From a bacterium (GTDB lineage: Bacteria > Krumholzibacteriota > Krumholzibacteriia > G020349025), in NCBI GenBank assembly GCA_031362565.1, contig JANLSU010000052.1, positions 1-41,777 of the forward strand: a DNA stretch of 41,777 bases, read 5' to 3'. The position numbers and the translations under genes were made by a program. Positions 35,978 to 41,777 of the stretch are shown here, piece after piece. The notes under the pieces were generated by a model that saw only the letters and a program-made list of their open reading frames with translations, made no database searches and was not told where the DNA came from. Each line of letters starts with the position of its first letter. Positions within the stretch are counted from its first letter, which is position 1.

Positions 35978-38232
35978 GGCGAGGATTGCATCGATTGCGG
36001 ACCCGCGCCGAGCTGCTGGTGGTCGCGGCTCTCGTATTCGGCGCTGCGATCGGCGCGGTTCCCGGCGGCCCGGCACCGGACGCCCGGGACGTGATTGCGA
36101 TTGTCGATCCGACCGCCGACATCACGCGCGACATTGCGGCGCATTCTGACATCGACGTGCGTTGGGCCGAGCGCGGGCTCGTCGTCGGTGAAGTGGCGCC
36201 GGGCACGAGCCTGCCGGCGGCGTGGAACGCGCGCGTCGTGGCGCGTCGTCCAGGGAACTTGGAGCTGGGGCTCCTGCGCGGTTCCGACGTCGCGCACACC
36301 GTGGCGCAAATGGCCCGGTCCAAGGCGGCGGCAGCCGCCGTCCTGATGACCGTGGCGCGGGTGCCGGCCGTTGCCGGCGAAGCGTGGATCTTGTTTGCGC
36401 CCCCCGGCACTTGGCCGGAGGATCTGATCGGCTGCCACGGTGGCCTCGTCCTCGCCGGACATCATTTGGATCCGCGCACGATCTTCGAGTCCGCCCCGCC
36501 GGCGGCACTCGGCGCTCCCCATGCGTGGTCGGCCCAGGCGCGCGCGGTCATCGCCGCGGTGGCGGCGGAAACGTTGCAAGCCAACGTCAACGCACTCGGA
36601 CTCGATTCGTCCGGCCAGCCGGCCAACCGGTACGTTTTCGGCGCCCCGCTGGCCACCGTGTATGGGCCCTGGGTCGAACACACGATGCAGCGTCTAACGG
36701 CCGGCATTCCGGGTGCGGCGGTGTCGCGGCAACCGTTCGACATGCGGCGTTGCGTCGGCGATAGCGTGACCAACGGCACGAACTGTTTTCAGACCGCGTC
36801 CGCCTACAACGTCGTGGCGCGGATTCCCGGCACCGTGCCGGGCACCGGTATATTCGTCGTTTGCGCCCACCTGGATGCAACGGGGTCGAGGAACGTGCCG
36901 TGGTCCTACGCCACCGGCAACGGACTGGAGCGGGCGACGCCCGGGGCCGAGGACAATGCGTCCGGCGTCGCCTGTGTGCTCGAGATGCTGCGCAACACCG
37001 CCGAAGGCGTCCGCACGGGGAGCGTGGCATTCGCGTTCGATCTGGAGTTCGTGGCGTTTTCGGGGGAAGAGGTCCCGGCGCTCGCGTCCGAGCAAGGCTT
37101 GGTCGGCAGCGAACAGTATGTGCTGAAGCGCACCGCCGAGGGCGTACGGTTCCTCGGCTGCTTCAATTTCGACATGGTCGGCTACAACCATCTGCCGGAC
37201 AACCTGCAGATCGTCTACAACCCGGCATCGCATTGGATGGCGAACCTGGTGCGGGACGCGGTGCTCGCCCAAGCGCCGCCGCGCCTCGTACCGGTGCTGG
37301 AAATCGACGAGCAGCGCGCCTCCGATCACAATAGTTTCTGGGCCCGCGGCGTGCCGGCCGTTTTGAGCGCCGATGCGCCGGTCGATTCGTTGCGGCGCTA
37401 CTCGACGTATCATCACCCGACCGATGTCGTGGCGGCCGTTGTCGCTTCCAAGTTGGCGCAGACGACGCGCGCCTTGTTGGGGGCACTCTTGCGGTTCGAT
37501 ACGGTCGCGCCGCATCCACCGCAGCTGTTGTTCGCGCCGGAGGAATTGCGGCTCTTGCGGCCGATCGGCGGCAGCGATTTCACCTACCGGGCGGGGTTTC
37601 ACATTCTGCATCCCGGCACGCCGCTTCGCGCCCGCACCACAGTGCGCAGCGTCGGGAATACCTACGCCGGCCCGCTGCGGATCGAACTCGCGACCGTCGG
37701 CGGTGGCGCTCCACGCCGGGTGTTCTTCGACTCGAGCGCGACTGTCGATGTGCCGCCGGGCGGCTTCATCCAAGTCGATCACCTGGTGCCGATTCTGACG
37801 GGCGACGCGGGCACCCTGCAGGTGGAGGCCCGGGTCACATCCGTGGACACGACCGGCGTGTCGTCGGTGCAGTCATCGCAGCAAGGCTACAATGTCGCCG
37901 CTGACGTTCTCGCGCCCGGAGCCATCGTCGTGCGTGTCAAACCGAATCCGGTGCGTGATCTCGCGAGCGCGAAAATCGAAGTCGATGTCGAACGGCATGC
38001 AAACTACGACCTTGATATCTTCGACCTGGAGGGCCAACGACTGGCCGGCTGGAGCGGCGACGTCGAACCGCGCAGTTCGGGTGGGGTCAGCGTGTCGTTT
38101 CCATTGTCCCAACTGGCGCGGCCCGGGACGGCGCTCAACCTGCGAAGTGGTGCCTATATCGTTCGCGTGCGTCGCCATGGCGCCGCGGTCGAGAGCGCTT
38201 CGACGACCGTACCACTCGTGATTGTGCGGTGA
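35974..38232 (+). CDS. Secreted M28 family metallopeptidase with a C-terminal T9SS/FlgD-like domain
   Basis: Signal-like N-terminus; NVVARIPG, CAHLD, PGAEDNASG, SGEE, NFDMVGY, SDHNSFW, YHHPTD; C-terminal KPNPV...IFDLEGQRL...SGAYIVRV. Confidence 0.85.
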   Translation: MRRGLHRLRTRAELLVVAALVFGAAIGAVPGGPAPDARDVIAIVDPTADITRDIAAHSDIDVRWAERGLVVGEVAPGTSLPAAWNARVVARRPGNLELGLLRGSDVAHTVAQMARSKAAAAAVLMTVARVPAVAGEAWILFAPPGTWPEDLIGCHGGLVLAGHHLDPRTIFESAPPAALGAPHAWSAQARAVIAAVAAETLQANVNALGLDSSGQPANRYVFGAPLATVYGPWVEHTMQRLTAGIPGAAVSRQPFDMRRCVGDSVTNGTNCFQTASAYNVVARIPGTVPGTGIFVVCAHLDATGSRNVPWSYATGNGLERATPGAEDNASGVACVLEMLRNTAEGVRTGSVAFAFDLEFVAFSGEEVPALASEQGLVGSEQYVLKRTAEGVRFLGCFNFDMVGYNHLPDNLQIVYNPASHWMANLVRDAVLAQAPPRLVPVLEIDEQRASDHNSFWARGVPAVLSADAPVDSLRRYSTYHHPTDVVAAVVASKLAQTTRALLGALLRFDTVAPHPPQLLFAPEELRLLRPIGGSDFTYRAGFHILHPGTPLRARTTVRSVGNTYAGPLRIELATVGGGAPRRVFFDSSATVDVPPGGFIQVDHLVPILTGDAGTLQVEARVTSVDTTGVSSVQSSQQGYNVAADVLAPGAIVVRVKPNPVRDLASAKIEVDVERHANYDLDIFDLEGQRLAGWSGDVEPRSSGGVSVSFPLSQLARPGTALNLRSGAYIVRVRRHGAAVESASTTVPLVIVR

Positions 38233-38239
38233 GGAATCC

Positions 38240-38446
38240 ATGCTGGTGCTCGTGGTTCGCATCCTACTGTTCTTGATTCTAGCGCGGATTGTTCTGAGTT
38301 TGTTCACGCCGGCCAGGCGCCTGCAAGCGCCGCCGCGGCCGCCAACCCGGCCCGATCCGCCGCGCCAGGCGCCGCACTTGGACGGCACGATCGTCGACGC
38401 CGAGTTCGAGGATCTGAACGATGGAGCGCGGCGACATGACGGGTGA
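38240..38446 (+). CDS. Small single-pass membrane protein
   Basis: GAGGA RBS, hydrophobic N-terminal helix, Pro-rich linker, acidic IVDAEFEDL tail. Confidence 0.6.
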   Translation: MLVLVVRILLFLILARIVLSLFTPARRLQAPPRPPTRPDPPRQAPHLDGTIVDAEFEDLNDGARRHDG

Positions 38447-38813
38447 ACGGCGGGCATTCGGCTCCAGACGGCGGCGGGCACCGCTGGGCTTCGGAGCGTC
38501 CTATGGATTCTTGCGCCCGCCGCGCCGCCAAGAGGAAGACCAAGAACTCTTCCGCGAGCGCCTGCGCACCGAGCCCGAGTTGCGGCGCGAGTACCGGACG
38601 AGTCTCGCCGTGCAACTCACCGTCGTCGGCGCACTTCTCGCGGCAGTCGTGGCGTTTGTCGTGCAGATGATCGTCCTCGTGCGCCGTGCGCCGGTGGCCC
38701 TGGTCGGCAACATGGGCTGGACGTTGCCGGTCCTGATTGGATTGCTCGCCCTGCTCGTGCTGCGACGCTTTCTGCGTCTCCTCGCCGACTACCGGGGGAT
38801 GGGGCCAAAATGA
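38436..38813 (+). CDS. Hypothetical two-TM membrane protein (alternative start 38421)
   Basis: GGAG RBS, two hydrophobic segments, fills the gap in the gene run. Confidence 0.6.
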   Translation: MTGERRAFGSRRRRAPLGFGASYGFLRPPRRQEEDQELFRERLRTEPELRREYRTSLAVQLTVVGALLAAVVAFVVQMIVLVRRAPVALVGNMGWTLPVLIGLLALLVLRRFLRLLADYRGMGPK

Positions 38814-38912
38814 CCCCCGCGCCCGGAGCGGGCGCCAGCGTTTCCAGCCGTGGTACGCCTTTTGCTGTGTTCCAGACCGAACGCAGGAGGCCCCGAGCGC
38901 TGAGGAGCGGCT

Positions 38913-39965
38913 GTGAATCTCGACAGCGGGCAACTCGACCGCCTATTCGGCACGTTCTTCGACATCACGAGCCTGATTCATGCGGGCCGTGAACGCGATG
39001 CCATCTTCGCGCGCGTCTTGGAGTGTGCCGGCGAATTGCTCGATGCCGATGTGTGCTCCGTTCTCCTCGTGCACGATGGACAGCTCTGGCGCTATTGGCG
39101 GACGCGCGAAGGCGAGTCGTCGCAGGAACAGTTCCCGAGTACGCCGGCGCTGCTCCAATGGCTCGACCGCGAACGCCAGCCGTTCGTCGGCAAACCGGGA
39201 CAATGGCGCGTGCCCGCCGATTGGGAGCAGATCATGCGCGGCGCGCGCGCTCTGGTGTGTGCGCCGCTCGTCGCCAAGGAAAGTCATCTTGGCCTGCTGG
39301 TCGCCATGCGCAGTGACCGGCGTGAAGAATTCGGCAGCGGGCACCTCAAGATTCTCACCGCGCTCGCGAACCAAACCGCGATCGCGCTCGAAAACGCCGA
39401 CTTGTACGAGCGGCTGCATCACGAGGCGGTCACCGACGGCCTGACCGGCGTCTTCAACTACAAGACCCTCATGCACGCGCTACGGGCGGAAATGCGGCGC
39501 GCGGCGCGCTACGGCCATCCGGTCACGTTCATCATGGCCGACGTCGATTTTCTCAAACGCTACAACGACAACTTCGGCCACTTGGCGGGCAGCGATGTGC
39601 TGGCGCAGTTGGCCAATCTGCTGGTCGCCAACTGCCGCAATACCGACATCGTTGGCAAGTACGGCGGCGACGAGTTCGCGATCATCTTGCCGCAGACGGG
39701 GATCGAGGGGGCGCGCCACGTTGCAGAGCGCATGCGCGCGGCGATCGCCGCCTACAAATTCAAAGGCGTTGCGCCGGGCGACATCACGTGCAGTTTCGGC
39801 TTGGCGGTTTACCCGGACGACGGCCGCGAGATCCACGATCTCGTCTGCCAGGCCGATCAGCAGCTCTTCCAAGCCAAACGCGACGGCAAGAACACCCTGC
39901 GCGCAACCACCGATGTCCCCAAGCCAAGCGTTCCGGACGCGCAGCCCGAGCCGACGCGCTTCTGA
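38913..39965 (+). CDS. GAF-GGDEF diguanylate cyclase
   Basis: GAF domain (CAPLVAK...LTALANQTAIALENADLY), DGLTGVFN, DVDFLKRYNDNFGHLAGSDVL, RNTD I-site, intact GGDEF. Confidence 0.93.
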   Translation: MNLDSGQLDRLFGTFFDITSLIHAGRERDAIFARVLECAGELLDADVCSVLLVHDGQLWRYWRTREGESSQEQFPSTPALLQWLDRERQPFVGKPGQWRVPADWEQIMRGARALVCAPLVAKESHLGLLVAMRSDRREEFGSGHLKILTALANQTAIALENADLYERLHHEAVTDGLTGVFNYKTLMHALRAEMRRAARYGHPVTFIMADVDFLKRYNDNFGHLAGSDVLAQLANLLVANCRNTDIVGKYGGDEFAIILPQTGIEGARHVAERMRAAIAAYKFKGVAPGDITCSFGLAVYPDDGREIHDLVCQADQQLFQAKRDGKNTLRATTDVPKPSVPDAQPEPTRF

Positions 39966-40085
39966 TCGCGGCGACCGACTCCCATCCAAGGCCAGCGCGC
40001 TGCCTGGACAGGCGGTTGCGATTCCTGTGCTAAAGTAGGGCGCCCGTCCTCCCGGCGCGCCCAAGCAGGGCCCATGCCGCGGGAC

Positions 40086-40101
40086 TGGAATGTGGTTTGC
40101 A
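40086..40101 (+). promoter_or_regulatory. Putative sigma54 (-24/-12) promoter upstream of the epimerase
   Basis: TGGAATGTGGTTTGCA: GG-N10-GC with TTGCA at -12. Confidence 0.5.
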
Positions 40102-40194
40102 CGATGGCCACCTTGAACGTGGGAAGGAGGCCGTCGCGCGACCTGCGCGGTGACTCTTATGCCCGCCGAGCGAACCGATCCGAAGGGGTGGAGG

Positions 40195-41139
40195 ATGAAG
40201 TATCTCGTCACCGGTGGGGCTGGCTTTATCGGCTCGAACATTGTCGAAGCTCTAGTCCGCCGCGGCGACGCGGTCGTCGTGCTCGACAACTTCTCGACCG
40301 GCAAACGTGAGAATCTCGCCAGTTTCCGCGACCGTGTGCAGGTCGTCGAAGGCAGCATCACGGATCTCCCGACCGTGCGCCGCGCCGCCGAGGGCGTGGA
40401 CTTCGTCATGCACCAGGCCGCTCTCGCCTCGGTGCAGCGCAGTGTCGACGATCCGCTGACCTCCAACGAGGTCAACGTCAAAGGCACGCTCAACGTCCTC
40501 GTGGCAGCCCGCGACGCCGGCGTCAAGCGCCTGGTGTATGCCGCTTCCTCGTCCGCCTATGGCGACACCGAAGTCCTGCCGAAGCAAGAGGACATGCCGG
40601 GGCGTCCGATGTCGCCGTACGCGATCCAGAAATGGGTCGGCGAGCACTACTGCAAGGTGTTCAGCTCGTTGTACAACTTGGACACGGTGGCGCTGCGGTA
40701 TTTCAACGTCTTCGGGCCGCGCCAAGAGCCCAACTCCGACTATGCGGCGGTCATTCCAATCTTCGTGAGCAAGCTGCTGGCGGGCACCGAGCCGACGATC
40801 TATGGCGACGGCGAGCAGTCGCGGGACTTCACGTTCGTGGATAACGTCGTCGACGCCAACCTGCGCGCTTGCGAAGGCGGTCCCAAGCGCGGCGAGTTCG
40901 TCAACATCGCCTGCGGGGAGCGCTACACGTTGAACGACCTCTTCAGCCAGATCTGCGTTCTCTTGGGTGTGCAGAAGCAGCCGCGCTACGCCCCGGCGCG
41001 CCAAGGTGACGTCCGGCACTCGATGGCGGACATCTCGCGGGCCCGCACCGTGCTGGGCTTCTCGCCGCGGGTCGATTTTGCGACCGGACTCCAGCGCACC
41101 GTGGAGTGGTACCGCACGAGTCTTTCGGTGCCGCGCTGA
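40195..41139 (+). CDS. NAD-dependent NDP-sugar epimerase (extended SDR, WbpP/VipB-like UDP-GlcNAc 4-epimerase)
   Basis: VTGGAGFIGS, HQAALASVQRSV, ASSSAYG, SPYAIQK (YxxxK), LRYFNVFGPRQ, YAAVIP, GDGEQSRDF, GDVRHSMAD; GGAGG RBS. Confidence 0.92.
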   Translation: MKYLVTGGAGFIGSNIVEALVRRGDAVVVLDNFSTGKRENLASFRDRVQVVEGSITDLPTVRRAAEGVDFVMHQAALASVQRSVDDPLTSNEVNVKGTLNVLVAARDAGVKRLVYAASSSAYGDTEVLPKQEDMPGRPMSPYAIQKWVGEHYCKVFSSLYNLDTVALRYFNVFGPRQEPNSDYAAVIPIFVSKLLAGTEPTIYGDGEQSRDFTFVDNVVDANLRACEGGPKRGEFVNIACGERYTLNDLFSQICVLLGVQKQPRYAPARQGDVRHSMADISRARTVLGFSPRVDFATGLQRTVEWYRTSLSVPR

Positions 41140-41161
41140 TCTTGTCTTGACGCTCGTGACC

Positions 41162-41194
41162 ACGGGGACGGCACCGGCCGTCCCCGTTCGTCTT
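41162..41194 (+). terminator. Terminator-like hairpin forming the intron's 5' exon
   Basis: Perfect 11-bp stem ACGGGGACGGC-ACCG-GCCGTCCCCGT followed by TCGTCTT. Confidence 0.75.
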
Positions 41195-41777
41195 GTACGC
41201 CCAGCATGGGCACTGACTTGAGGGTGGAAGTCCCTCCGGGAGCTGGTCACAGCGACCGAAGCGAACCGCAGAGCGTCGAGCCGCGAGGGCGGCGTGCAGG
41301 AAGCGGGGAGCGAAACTGCGGGCCGATGAACAAGAACCGCGTACGAGGCGACACCGGGAAGGCGAGCGGGCAAGTAACCGCGAAGCTTTTGTGACCAAAG
41401 TCCGGTGGCGTAAACGCGGCGGTCGTGCAGGGAAGGCCAGTGCTCTTATCTGGGGAGATCTCGCCTTACATCTGAAAGGATGACGCCGGCCCCGGCGGAG
41501 CGAGAAGTCTTGGACGAGGTGGATCGTGAATTGGAGAAACGCGGCCACGCGTTTGTACGCTACGCTGATGACCTCAACGTCTACGTGAGGACACGGCGTG
41601 CGGGTGAACGAGTGATGCAGTCGATGCATCGGCTGTACGCGGGCCTTCGTCTACGAGTCAACGAGACCAAGAGTGCAGTGGCGCGCGCCACGGAACGGAA
41701 ATTCCTGGGCTTTTCCTACTGGATCGGCGCAGGCCGCGACGTGAAACGACGCGTATCACCGCAGGCCCTACGGCGCA
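41195..41777 (+). mobile_element. Group II intron, class C (IIC); apparently internally deleted; runs off the window
   Basis: 5' end GTACGCCCAGCATGGGC...GAGGGTGGAAGTCCCTC...GGGGAGATCT...GAGCGAGAAGTC resembles IIC domain I/II sequence; inserted directly after a terminator hairpin; RT-coding sequence follows. Confidence 0.88.
41510..41777 (+). pseudogene. ltrA: Group II intron reverse transcriptase/maturase fragment (RT5-RT7; N-terminal part absent, 3' end off window)
   Basis: Open frame LDEVDRELEKRGHAFVRYADDLNVYV...LRLRVNETKS...KFLGFSY; YADD at 41561-41572; no upstream PQGG/RT0-4 sequence. Confidence 0.82.

Noticed and set aside
39966..40194. Possible c-di-GMP riboswitch or ncRNA after the diguanylate cyclase
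   Set aside because: No recognisable GEMM-type or other riboswitch consensus; only promoter-like elements seen.
12..41629. Many long antisense or alternate-frame ORFs (e.g. 14136-15806 -, 18900-20522 +, 27650-29116 -, 29931-31502 -, 40252-41373 -)
   Set aside because: They overlap well-supported genes, are Arg/Ala/Pro-rich without motifs, and are expected shadows in high-GC DNA.
1..41777. CRISPR array, retron/DGR or defence system associated with the RT
   Set aside because: No regularly spaced repeats, cas genes or template/variable repeat pair seen; the RT fragment and flanking RNA fit a group IIC intron.

Overview
GC-rich, gene-dense bacterial chromosomal segment that is mostly housekeeping. 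It holds a trpG-D-C-F-B operon with no trpA, tRNA-Arg(CCG), arginase, cutA, mmsA, a PLP decarboxylase, citrate synthase, an acyl-CoA dehydrogenase, a DUF4912/GH57/GH57 alpha-glucan cluster, pcm, a GAF-GGDEF protein and an NDP-sugar epimerase. The window ends inside a group IIC intron that sits directly behind a terminator hairpin and appears internally deleted, with the RNA domain II/III boundary fused to RT domain 5. Several secreted proteins carry either a FlgD-Ig/T9SS-like C-terminal domain or a short C-terminal 'V..x(T/D)WxxxKxLYR' motif. This suggests an FCB-related candidate phylum such as Krumholzibacteriota, Latescibacterota or Eisenbacteria (inference). The best leads are that shared C-terminal motif as a candidate sorting signal, the deleted intron, a 689-aa GreA with a CarD/Tudor-like segment, and a shortened YgfK-like protein with an apparently degenerate active site. 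No CRISPR array, rRNA or prophage was seen. All calls come from reading motifs by eye; no searches were run.
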